Position numbers and translations under genes: made by a program. This document shows positions 28,677-37,903 of a stretch of DNA of 64,000 nt, in pieces. Below the pieces are notes generated by a model. It was not told the DNA's origin and made no database searches. It saw only the letters and a list, made by a program, of their open reading frames with translations. The DNA is from Candidatus Zhuqueibacterota bacterium (lineage in GTDB: Bacteria > Zhuqueibacterota > Zhuqueibacteria > Residuimicrobiales > Krinioviventaceae): positions 70,658 through 134,657 of the forward strand of contig JAFGKD010000069.1 in the NCBI GenBank assembly GCA_016928775.1. The letters run 5' to 3'. Position 1 is the first letter of the stretch; every line of letters begins with the position of its first letter.

Positions 28677-29797
28677 AGCTGATTCAAGCAATCCTCATAT
28701 AAATCAAATGTCTTTTCCCAACAGTGACGCCAGGAAAATCGCAAAATATTTATATATCCTTTCGAGATCATAGTATTGCGGAGCATAGAATCTTCCAAAA
28801 CAAGCGCTATTTTTTCCGCCATATCCCGGGGATCCATAGGATCAAAATAAACCGCCGCCTCCCCGCAAACTTCTGGGTGGGACGTCGCCTTTGACACAAT
28901 TGCCGGGACACCTGCTGCCATGGCTTCCAGCGGCACAAAGCCAAAACCTTCGAAAAGCGATGGTGCGACAACAGCATGCGCTTTTTTATAGAGAGCCGGG
29001 ATAAACTCTTGGGCCACAAAGCCAAGAAATTTCACCTGCTGCTGCAATCCCAACTTTTTGACGGTTCTATATATTTCGCGATAATGCCAATTCTCCTGCC
29101 CAACAATAACCAAATGATGTTTGAGTGCATGTTTTTGCACGAGTATTTTATACGCTTGCAGGAGTCGAATATAATTCTTTCTGGGTTCCAAATGGCCGAG
29201 AGCCAGAATGTATTCGCTCTTCAAGTCAAATCTCTGCACAACAGATGCAGCATCTTGATCACTCAGATTGAAGCGTTCATGATCAATCCCTTCATGAATA
29301 ACAACCACTCGATCCTGGGAGAGATTAAATGTTCTCAAGATATCCTGTTTTGTATAGTCAGAGACTGCAATGATTTTATAGGCGTTGCTAACAGTCTTTG
29401 GAATCGCGCGTTCCAAAAAGTGACGTCTGAGCAGCCTGTATGAATCCGGAGCGTGCACGTATCGCAAATCATGAATTGTCACGATGCTTGGGATAGTCAC
29501 ACCTGGTGAAATATATGAAAATGGTGAATGAAACAAAGCGATACGATTCCTCTGCAAAATATGAGGCCAGGCAAGGGATTCGTGCAAAACTCGTCGCAGC
29601 GGATTTGTCTGCGTAATTGGTACAGTTACATAGTATGGATTGTCCGGGTAGTCTTTTTTTACTGATTTGCCGACAAATACGCGGTAATCGAATGAAACCT
29701 CCTGGTTTTCGAGTGCAGAAAGCAAGTGTCGCAAATAGACGCCCACCCCGCCAAGTTTTGGTGACAATAAAAGGGAATTTATACCAATTATTTTCAT
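28673..29797 (-). CDS. Glycosyltransferase family 4 (mannosyltransferase-like)
   Basis: PSLFEGFGFVPLEAMAAGVPAIVSKATSHPEV. There is a 4-nt overlap with the upstream GT2 gene. Confidence 0.85.
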   Translation of the reverse strand: MKIIGINSLLLSPKLGGVGVYLRHLLSALENQEVSFDYRVFVGKSVKKDYPDNPYYVTVPITQTNPLRRVLHESLAWPHILQRNRIALFHSPFSYISPGVTIPSIVTIHDLRYVHAPDSYRLLRRHFLERAIPKTVSNAYKIIAVSDYTKQDILRTFNLSQDRVVVIHEGIDHERFNLSDQDAASVVQRFDLKSEYILALGHLEPRKNYIRLLQAYKILVQKHALKHHLVIVGQENWHYREIYRTVKKLGLQQQVKFLGFVAQEFIPALYKKAHAVVAPSLFEGFGFVPLEAMAAGVPAIVSKATSHPEVCGEAAVYFDPMDPRDMAEKIALVLEDSMLRNTMISKGYINILRFSWRHCWEKTFDLYEDCLNQL

Positions 29798-30711
29798 CGG
29801 TTCGAAAGGTTTTTCGCTTTATGAACATGCTGTTCAAAGCCGAGTAATTGGAAAATTGCGTGAAAATAATCACCAGCTTTTTTATCAGGTCGCGTTATTG
29901 CAAGCGGAATTCGCAAGCATAATCCCACCAGGTATAGTATTCGAGCAAAAAAACGATGAACCGGCCCATAAGCTTCTTCGATGAAACGGCTGTTGCTATA
30001 GATACTCTGCACAATCATTCGGGGCAGCACTTTTTTCACGCTGGCGCCGTGTTCATGTTGTATTCGAATTTCAGGTGACACAACGGTGCGCCAGTTTGCC
30101 GCCAGGGCGCGCCAGCACAGGTCCATATCTTCAGCAAACATAAAATAGTGCTCATCCCAAAATCCGATATCTTGCAAAACACAGCGCCGACAGCAAAGGA
30201 ATGCGCCGTCAACATAATCTACTGCAACAATGCCTGTACGCCCGGCATTGTTGATTGTCGTTGATTTTATAAAAAAAAGCTGTTGCAGGACAAGTCGTCT
30301 TAAATTGAGAAAATATCGTCCCACCGTTTGTACGTGACCGTTCGGTAAAATCAGTGCTCCCCCAACAACTCCGACACGTTTATGTGTTTCAAATATTTGT
30401 TTCATCTGCATCAAGGGAGAATCTGACATCATCATAGTATCATTGTTCATGAATAGCAGAAATTCGCCTGCAGCTATGCGAGCGCCGCGATTGCACGCTG
30501 CAGCGTAGCCAATATTCGAACTATTCACAACGATTTTTACGTCCGGGAATTTTTTTGCAAGCGCATGAATACTCTCATCCTCTGAAAAATTATCAACCAC
30601 GATAATTTCAAAGTCAGTTGAATTGTTTTTATCATAAATTGACGAAACGCATCGTATCAATAAATCTACTGCATTCCAATTCACAATGATAATGGAAAAA
30701 AGGGCACTCAT
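29794..30711 (-). CDS. Glycosyltransferase family 2
   Basis: FSIIIVNWNAVDLL, VVDNFSEDES, and LFMNNDT (DXD-like region). Confidence 0.85.
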   Translation of the reverse strand: MSALFSIIIVNWNAVDLLIRCVSSIYDKNNSTDFEIIVVDNFSEDESIHALAKKFPDVKIVVNSSNIGYAAACNRGARIAAGEFLLFMNNDTMMMSDSPLMQMKQIFETHKRVGVVGGALILPNGHVQTVGRYFLNLRRLVLQQLFFIKSTTINNAGRTGIVAVDYVDGAFLCCRRCVLQDIGFWDEHYFMFAEDMDLCWRALAANWRTVVSPEIRIQHEHGASVKKVLPRMIVQSIYSNSRFIEEAYGPVHRFFARILYLVGLCLRIPLAITRPDKKAGDYFHAIFQLLGFEQHVHKAKNLSNR

Positions 30712-30713
30712 TA

Positions 30714-32018
30714 TTAAATCAGCTTTAATCTTAAATCACGCAAATATGCTGCACCAAAAATGAACAGAAAAATAACATAATTCATCCTGTGGCGCACAGC
30801 CGTACCAAAATTTGAGTCAACAAGCGCGTTTGAAAACAAGCCGAACAGACAAAATAAAAGCAGAAAAAATTCGAGATCCACATAGGGTCCGTACCTTTTG
30901 GCGATAATATATTTGACTGTAAAAATAAATGCCGCCAGATTGAAAAAACCTTCCATTGCTGACAAATATTGAAAAGCACCGCTGGCATTCCACAAAAAGG
31001 GACCAAAGGTGAAATAGATAAATCGAATGGGTAAATATTTGATCAAATCAAAAAAATTATTGTATTCAAGTCCCACCAAATAGGCCGAACCTCCTTCTGC
31101 ACGGAGTGGTTGCGCCCGCAAAGGATACATTGCAATAGAAAATACGAAATCACGATGAGTAAGATAAAAAACACTCACACCGGCGATTAGCAACGCCAGC
31201 AAGAGCCATTTGGATACTCGAAACCTCGGGGACTTTAGCAGCAGGATCGCAAAAAAGAACAAAAATAGCATCAGATAAAGTGCAAAATTTTGAATCCGTG
31301 CAATGCTCACCAGCAAAAAACTTGCAAGCCAAAAGACAAAATTTCTCATCGCGGTTTTTTTCTTGAACCATAAACAAAAGAAATAAACCATCAAAAGACT
31401 CAGGTACATTATGATTGAATCTCTTAAAATATAGGACGTAAAGGCTATGATGGATGGTGTAAACAGGGTCAGTGCACCGGAAAAAAGTGCTACCTTTTCA
31501 TCCTCAATCACTTGATTGACTATTTTATAAACGAGGATGCCGCTTAAGACGCCAAAAAACGAATTGATAATCTTGGGCAAAAGATAATTCGGGCCAAAAA
31601 TGCTATAGATCCAACTGAGAAAAAGCGAGTAGCTTTTTGCGTTCATCGAATAGTGATCGAGCTGATAAAATGTCGGCAGATTTCGGCTATAATTATCCAT
31701 GATGGTGCGTGCTACACCATTGTAAAGAAGGTGATCCGTCTGTTCCGGCATGATGGGATAGATATGATTGAGAACAACGAGTGCCATTCGAAGGATAAAA
31801 GCGATCCATACGAGCTTGTAGAACAGTCCATGCGTAAAAGGATAGCGCAGCAATAAATAGATGGTTAGAAGAGCAATCAATAAAAAAGCAACTGCATAAT
31901 CGTATGGCAAAAACAGCCCGATGATGGCCACCACAACGGGAAGATATGAACCGAATTGTCGACTTTTCGATAAAGCATCGAACTGTAAATAGATTTTATC
32001 ATGCACCATATTTGTCAT
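30714..32018 (-). CDS. Multi-pass membrane protein, putative polysaccharide polymerase (Wzy-like or GT-C-like)
   Basis: 434 aa with at least 10 predicted TM helices, sited inside the EPS operon between the GT genes and the flippase. The assignment rests on context only. Confidence 0.45.
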   Translation of the reverse strand: MTNMVHDKIYLQFDALSKSRQFGSYLPVVVAIIGLFLPYDYAVAFLLIALLTIYLLLRYPFTHGLFYKLVWIAFILRMALVVLNHIYPIMPEQTDHLLYNGVARTIMDNYSRNLPTFYQLDHYSMNAKSYSLFLSWIYSIFGPNYLLPKIINSFFGVLSGILVYKIVNQVIEDEKVALFSGALTLFTPSIIAFTSYILRDSIIMYLSLLMVYFFCLWFKKKTAMRNFVFWLASFLLVSIARIQNFALYLMLFLFFFAILLLKSPRFRVSKWLLLALLIAGVSVFYLTHRDFVFSIAMYPLRAQPLRAEGGSAYLVGLEYNNFFDLIKYLPIRFIYFTFGPFLWNASGAFQYLSAMEGFFNLAAFIFTVKYIIAKRYGPYVDLEFFLLLFCLFGLFSNALVDSNFGTAVRHRMNYVIFLFIFGAAYLRDLRLKLI

Positions 32019-32677
32019 ACTCTTGTTAAATATGCCAAAATATAGACGTGGTACGTTAAAAAGTTTTCAAGCAAAGCCAGCGTGAGCACATTGACAATCC
32101 TGGCTTTAATTCCCATGGATACTTGCACCCACTCGATTTCAAATCCGGCATTTGCGATTAATTCTCTGGCAGTTAATTTGGTAAAAAAGCGGAGATGCGT
32201 TTCATCCAACAATCCTGATTTTTCATAATCCCATCTTCCGCACATCAACATTTTGATGATTCTCCAATGCTGTATATTAGGAATGCTGGCGAGCAGTCGT
32301 CCACCCGGTTTTAAAACTTTTTTGATTCGCTGGAGCGTCTGCCAGGGATCATACAAGTGTTCGAGGACATCGAGACACAGAATTAAATCGATGCTTTGTT
32401 CCGGCAGATCAAGTATCGTCTCGGCTGACTGGTTGAGAACGACATCCACGCGCTGTCTCGCACTTTGAGCGGCCTCCGGATGGATTTCAACACCGATCGT
32501 TTTTTGAACGCCGAAATGTGATTTTACATATTCCAGTGTATATCCCTCACCACAACCGAGATCCAGAACAGCGGAGAACGATACGTCCTTTGGCAGGATA
32601 GAAAGGGCATCTTTCCGAACCAGATTATAATAATCTATGTTCTGCTTTTCAAACACGTTCACTCCAACGACCAACAA
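32015..32677 (-). CDS. Class I SAM-dependent methyltransferase
   Basis: Motif I VLDLGCGEGY, post-I acidic residue, and motif II ILCLDVLEHL. Confidence 0.85.
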   Translation of the reverse strand: MLVVGVNVFEKQNIDYYNLVRKDALSILPKDVSFSAVLDLGCGEGYTLEYVKSHFGVQKTIGVEIHPEAAQSARQRVDVVLNQSAETILDLPEQSIDLILCLDVLEHLYDPWQTLQRIKKVLKPGGRLLASIPNIQHWRIIKMLMCGRWDYEKSGLLDETHLRFFTKLTARELIANAGFEIEWVQVSMGIKARIVNVLTLALLENFLTYHVYILAYLTRV

Positions 32678-34163
32678 ATGCCAGCAGAGATCGTCGCTCG
32701 GTTTCCTGGATGAGCAGAAACCAGAGAGCGGGCATGAGAGAGATCAAGAATAAGATATAAAGCAACAATGAATTGAAATGTTCATCAAACAGAATGAGGC
32801 AGCCAAAGGCCAGCAAGCAAACGCTGAATAAAATAGTTGTCCTGAAAAAATAAACAACATGGCAAAGCAGTTTCAAGGCATACATGATTAAGAGAACGGC
32901 ATCAGCAAACATCCGTACAGTCCATGCCAGCGCTGCTCCCACAATTCCGAATTGAGAAACAGATAAATAAAGCAAAATAATATACAGTGGTGTTTCGATC
33001 ATGTGGATTTTGGCGGTGATATCCGGCCGGCCGGCAGCTTGAATAAGCGCGAACGCTACCCGAGCAGGCGCATTGATCATAACGCCGATCGCCAACCATT
33101 GCAGTACCGGAGCGCCCTGATCCGCAAACTCAGGACCCAACCAGGTGGTTATTCCCCACCGCGCGAAGAGAATGACCGTCAATGTGATCGGCACAAAAAG
33201 AAAAACCAAAAGCCGAATACCTCTGCTGAATATGAGCGCAGCACGTTGTGGTTCAGCACCAATGCTGAGAGAAAATGCTGGAAAAAGTACCCGAACAACA
33301 GCATTTGTGATCATCGTGGCTTTTGAAATAACTTCATGGGGCGTTATATAATATGCGACAGCAGTGACGGATAACGTGACGCTAATAAAGAATCGATCAA
33401 AATAAACCATGACCGGCCCGATGATGTTGCTCACAGATATCCAGCTACCAAACTTTAACATCGGCTTGAGTAATATTTTTTGAAAAGCAGGCCGACTTTG
33501 CATCGGAGTTACATGTCGCCAACATACATGGATGTAGAGTACAAAAATCCCCAGGCGCACACCCGCAAGAACGAATATTATGGAGGGCAAATAGGGCGAA
33601 AAAGGTAAAACAGCCAATGGCGCCAAATAGAATAATACGCCGTGTATCGCCTGGATGAGGGTAACATTGCCGAACATTTGATACGCTTCCAGGATGGCTC
33701 TTAAACCTGCGGTACTCATTACAATTGGAATGATTGAAGCAAGAATAAAAAACGATCGATATGACTCGGCGAACAAACTTTGCGGGATTTTTATCGCTCG
33801 AACGATAGTGGGTGACAAGATATAAAACAGAATCATCGTCGCCAGGCCGATGAGCAACATGGCTGCGAGTCCTGTCCAAATTATGGGTGCAATCTCTTCT
33901 TTTTGCTGGGTGCCCAGTTTTTCTGCGATCATTTTGGTCATGACGCGTCCCATGCCAAAATCGAATAGTCCAAAATACCCAAGCACAATCCACGAGATGC
34001 CAAGCAGACCAAAGCGTTCCACGCCCAAATGGCGTACCAAAACTGGAATGGCGATGAGCGCTGACAGCAGCGGCGCGATCTGACCGATGAGGTTGTAAAT
34101 GGTATTCTTTGCCAGCAGACGTGTCCGGGTTAACGAGACAATATTTTGGTGATCGTGTTGCAT
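32649..34163 (-). CDS. Polysaccharide flippase (MOP/Wzx family)
   Basis: 504 aa with about 14 TM helices. N-terminus LAKNTIYNLIGQIAPLLSALIAIPVLVRHLGVERFGLLGI. Confidence 0.8.
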   Translation of the reverse strand: MQHDHQNIVSLTRTRLLAKNTIYNLIGQIAPLLSALIAIPVLVRHLGVERFGLLGISWIVLGYFGLFDFGMGRVMTKMIAEKLGTQQKEEIAPIIWTGLAAMLLIGLATMILFYILSPTIVRAIKIPQSLFAESYRSFFILASIIPIVMSTAGLRAILEAYQMFGNVTLIQAIHGVLFYLAPLAVLPFSPYLPSIIFVLAGVRLGIFVLYIHVCWRHVTPMQSRPAFQKILLKPMLKFGSWISVSNIIGPVMVYFDRFFISVTLSVTAVAYYITPHEVISKATMITNAVVRVLFPAFSLSIGAEPQRAALIFSRGIRLLVFLFVPITLTVILFARWGITTWLGPEFADQGAPVLQWLAIGVMINAPARVAFALIQAAGRPDITAKIHMIETPLYIILLYLSVSQFGIVGAALAWTVRMFADAVLLIMYALKLLCHVVYFFRTTILFSVCLLAFGCLILFDEHFNSLLLYILFLISLMPALWFLLIQETERRSLLAFVGRWSERV

Positions 34164-35842
34164 TAATAATTAAACCGAAATCCGAATTCGACTTGTGAAC
34201 GAACAACAGGATAATTCCAGTCACTTTGTTGGCTGATATCTGTATTCAACAAATTGATCGCCAGCTCGAAAAATCCATTACGGATGAATTCATACTCCCC
34301 ACGTAGACCGAGGCTACGAATATCATGTCGAATACCGTCCAACAGTCTGACTGTTTCCGAGTCTGTAAAGCCGTTTCGTGGTCGAAAAATATCGCGACCA
34401 ACATTCCAGTCATCCGTATTCTCGCCAAAGTTAGTCATTTCATAATTGAGATTAAAAAGCAATCGACGCGACAAGCGGTATTGGAGCTGGGCGTACAAAT
34501 TAACGGCGTTGGGTCCAATGGGATGTCCCAGCGGCGTTATAAAATGGGCGTACGCTGTTGCCGTATCCTTGTGTGCATAAGTGTATGGCCGAAGTGCAGT
34601 GTACTCAATTCGAAAATCGAGGTTTGCCAAACCGAGCACATCGACATAATAAAGACCGGCTGTAACGCCGTATTTGTTGCCATAAAAGCCGCTACCAAGT
34701 CGACTGGTCGTCAGGTCATCTAAAAACAATTCACCATAAAGCTTGGTATTTTTAATCGCTTTGATCTCAAGGTCTACTCCCATAGCCGCATTGTCTTGAT
34801 CGCCAAGATAATGCTCGGCAGAGCGAAAAAACATCACCGGATTCAGATAAGCTGGCTCAAATGAGCGGCTCGCATAAATCACCGCAGAATGCAGACCAAT
34901 ATCGATCACCCGAAACGGTGCAAATTCGAGTCGGTGCGCTGCCAGGATTTTTGTTGTGGGATCGCCTTTAAAATATTTTGGGGTATAATGCTTCAGCCAT
35001 CCGAGCAGATAGGTGAACTTTAATCGCTTGAGAACAATTTGTAATTTGAACTGATCATAGCTTGTCGGATAATCCGACATAAATAATTGACCACGATAGC
35101 CTGGACCCCAAACGTTGCTATCCTTGCCGAATTGCACGTTGAGATATTTGTGCGAAAACAACACATAAGCAACCGTCTCATCATGATAAATTTGTTGCCC
35201 ATTGCCCTGCACAAATCCCAGTCCCTCGCCCGTTGTGTTACCAACCGGGTAATCCCGCGTCCCCCATTCCCGTGTATCACGAATGTCGGTATAATAGCCA
35301 AAGTGTGTGCCAACGGTCCCCCACACTAAAAAGCCATTCGTATCCGTATTGACCCGCTCCCGTTCATCCAGGGTGTCATCGTCAGCAAACATGCGGCCAC
35401 GATAAAAGATGGGATCAATATTGATCTTTACAGGTCCACTGTCAATTTCGAGCAGGTGACGTCCCTGGGGATAGAGAAAATGCGGCCACCAGGTTTTTAT
35501 CCACTTGCTCTCCTTGATTTTCTGGACGCGAGTTTTATGGGAGGAGGTGTGTGAGGTGTGTTCATGGAATTCAAAAAGCAGGAAATCGAGTTGGTCTCGC
35601 TCCACCTTTGACAACTGCTCCTGGTGTGTTTTAACCTTGGTTAAAAAATCAGCAATCTCGGCGCGCGTCATCGGTTTTGTGCCCGCCAGGACTATGGGAA
35701 GAAAACGCTTTGCTTCCATACGGTCAATAAAATCATAGACCCAATGTGATGAAGGAACAAAGACGGTGCAGGTAAGTGCGGTACCAAAAATCAGCAGTGA
35801 CAAGCCGAAATATGTGATGGTTTTTGTGTTGATCACTCCCAT
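34163..35842 (-). CDS. Capsule-assembly Wzi-like outer-membrane beta-barrel protein
   Basis: The N-terminal helical segment HWVYDFIDRMEAKRFLPIVLAGTKPMTRAEIADFL resembles Wzi family proteins. The barrel is Y/G-rich and ends in FRFNY. I prefer the ATG at 35842; the track extends to 35890. Confidence 0.55.
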   Translation of the reverse strand: MGVINTKTITYFGLSLLIFGTALTCTVFVPSSHWVYDFIDRMEAKRFLPIVLAGTKPMTRAEIADFLTKVKTHQEQLSKVERDQLDFLLFEFHEHTSHTSSHKTRVQKIKESKWIKTWWPHFLYPQGRHLLEIDSGPVKINIDPIFYRGRMFADDDTLDERERVNTDTNGFLVWGTVGTHFGYYTDIRDTREWGTRDYPVGNTTGEGLGFVQGNGQQIYHDETVAYVLFSHKYLNVQFGKDSNVWGPGYRGQLFMSDYPTSYDQFKLQIVLKRLKFTYLLGWLKHYTPKYFKGDPTTKILAAHRLEFAPFRVIDIGLHSAVIYASRSFEPAYLNPVMFFRSAEHYLGDQDNAAMGVDLEIKAIKNTKLYGELFLDDLTTSRLGSGFYGNKYGVTAGLYYVDVLGLANLDFRIEYTALRPYTYAHKDTATAYAHFITPLGHPIGPNAVNLYAQLQYRLSRRLLFNLNYEMTNFGENTDDWNVGRDIFRPRNGFTDSETVRLLDGIRHDIRSLGLRGEYEFIRNGFFELAINLLNTDISQQSDWNYPVVRSQVEFGFRFNY

Positions 35843-36585
35843 CCCTGGTTTTCCAAAAGCTGTTCCTCGGGGACGGCGCGGAGTACGCACGCCGGATTAC
35901 CGACGACAATGATGCGGGGCGGGACATCTTTGGTCACCACGGCACCCGCCGCGACAACGGCGTCTTCACCAATCACTTTGCCAGGCAAAATGACCGCGTT
36001 GCCGCCAATGCGTCCGCCGGTTTTGATGGTGACGCCTTTGAAATGCTTGAACCGCTCTTCGGTGCGACCCAAAAAGTTGTCATTTGTCGTGTGCACACCC
36101 GGCGCGATAAAACAGTAATCGCCGATCTCGGAATAAGCAGTGATGTAACAGTTGGTTTCCAGCTTGTTTTTTTTGCCGATGTTGGTGTAATTTTCAATCG
36201 TGACGTTGCGACCGACGATGGTCGACTCGCCGATGGTGGTGTTTTCGCGAACTGCAGCGCCATCCGCAATCAGGACATGCTGCGCGATTTCGCACCCTGT
36301 ATAGATCACAACCTGGGCACCGATCAGGCAGTTGTCGCCGATTCGAGCTGGTGGTAACTGTTGATCATTTTTAAAAATACTGCGTTTGGCGCGCATGGGC
36401 TGTTTGCCAATGACCGTACAGGCATCGATTCGAACGTTATTGCCAATATGTGAACCCGAATGGATGACGACATTGTGGCCAATCACGCAGTTGCTGCCGA
36501 TTTCAACATTTTCTTCAACGACTGTAAAATGGCCAACAGTTGTATTTTCACCAATATGTGCTGTTCCCGCTATATAATTGTTCAC
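35833..36585 (-). CDS. Hexapeptide-repeat (left-handed beta-helix) acyl/acetyltransferase
   Basis: Repeated [LIV]-G-x-x-x-x hexads run through the protein (IGENTTVGHFTVVEENVEIGSNCVIGHNVVIHSGSHIGNNVRI...). Confidence 0.85.
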   Translation of the reverse strand: MNNYIAGTAHIGENTTVGHFTVVEENVEIGSNCVIGHNVVIHSGSHIGNNVRIDACTVIGKQPMRAKRSIFKNDQQLPPARIGDNCLIGAQVVIYTGCEIAQHVLIADGAAVRENTTIGESTIVGRNVTIENYTNIGKKNKLETNCYITAYSEIGDYCFIAPGVHTTNDNFLGRTEERFKHFKGVTIKTGGRIGGNAVILPGKVIGEDAVVAAGAVVTKDVPPRIIVVGNPACVLRAVPEEQLLENQGWE

Positions 36586-36663
36586 GTGCTCTTCCTCTGC
36601 TAATAAATCAAGACAAAAAGCGAAACCATGAACAATTGTTTATCACGAGAAAGATTTCACGGC

Positions 36664-37890
36664 TCATCTTTTTGTTATTCGATTCAGTATGGACTTTTCC
36701 TTTTCCAGTTCGTCACTGACAATCTGGAGTCGAGATTGTTTGGCAGGATCTGTTTTGAGACGCTTCCAGTACGCAATCGCGAGTACCCAAAAAACAGTCA
36801 GCATGAAACTTAGCATGCCAAAAACAACGACCAGACCTTTTTTATTTGGCGAACTTGCAAAGGGCGGTGGTGTCGCTGCGTCGAGGATTTGGACCGTGGG
36901 CGTATTGCGCGCCTCTTCAATTTTTGTTTGGTAATATTGCTGATTCAACAATTGCCAGAGGGTCTCCTGCACTTTGACCTCACGCATCAACTCGGCTAAA
37001 TCGACGGCTACCTCAGGAACGTCATTAAAGACCAGAAAAAGTGCGCTATTATCGCCGTCTTCCGCGCTGCCATATTGAAATTCAGCGTACCGGCGCTCCA
37101 TTTCCTGCAATTCTTGCTGGGCGCGCACGATGACAGGATTGCCCGGTTTCATGGATTGCTGCAAAACACCAATTTCGATTTTTTTATTGAGAATTTGTCC
37201 CTGCAATTCGCCGGCTTGCTGAATCGATGCTGCCATTTGGTTCTCCAAAGAGACAGCTTTATTTTGCTGCTGAAAGGTGGCCAGCTTTTTCGTCGCCTCG
37301 AAGAGCTGAGCATGCGTCTTTTGGAGCTGCGATTCAAGATAAACGCGGGAATTCTTCGCCTGCGATACGCTTTTCTCCTGATTCACCTGGTCCAGCTCTT
37401 CGATATAAGCATTTGCCACGTCTGCCGCCAGCTTTGCATCACCCAACTCAACAATGATGGACAGGATTTTTTGTTTTGACAAAACAAAGCGCACTTTTTT
37501 GCGCATCTGCAAAAGACCGATCTCGGCGGAGGGCATTTTTAATATTTTGTAGAGCGGCAAAGAGTCTGATCCAATACAAAAATAGCGATTCAGTACTCGC
37601 TCACCGACCGACCGACTTTTCAGCATTTCATGCAGGATATCGGCTGAGGAGGCAGCAGCTGGCAGGGATAATCCCGGTACCGAGACATCAGATAAAAACC
37701 CCATAGCCATTTTATTATCATCGGAGGGCGGCATAAGTGTTGCAGTAGCGATATACTTTTTGGGCAAAACAAACGAAATTAGCGCAACCAGCACAACCGT
37801 GAGCACCACATTTCGCACGACAAGCCATCGCGCCGCCAAAACAGTGATAAATAGTGGAAATAAATCAATTTCTTTGGATTCTTTATTCAT
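36664..37890 (-). CDS. Polysaccharide co-polymerase (Wzz/GumC-like chain-length determinant) without a kinase domain
   Basis: N-terminal TM helix, a long coiled-coil periplasmic region, a C-terminal TM helix, and the proline-rich PPPFASSPNKK segment just before TM2. Confidence 0.8.
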   Translation of the reverse strand: MNKESKEIDLFPLFITVLAARWLVVRNVVLTVVLVALISFVLPKKYIATATLMPPSDDNKMAMGFLSDVSVPGLSLPAAASSADILHEMLKSRSVGERVLNRYFCIGSDSLPLYKILKMPSAEIGLLQMRKKVRFVLSKQKILSIIVELGDAKLAADVANAYIEELDQVNQEKSVSQAKNSRVYLESQLQKTHAQLFEATKKLATFQQQNKAVSLENQMAASIQQAGELQGQILNKKIEIGVLQQSMKPGNPVIVRAQQELQEMERRYAEFQYGSAEDGDNSALFLVFNDVPEVAVDLAELMREVKVQETLWQLLNQQYYQTKIEEARNTPTVQILDAATPPPFASSPNKKGLVVVFGMLSFMLTVFWVLAIAYWKRLKTDPAKQSRLQIVSDELEKEKSILNRITKR

Positions 37891-37903
37891 CTTTGTGGTT
37901 TAT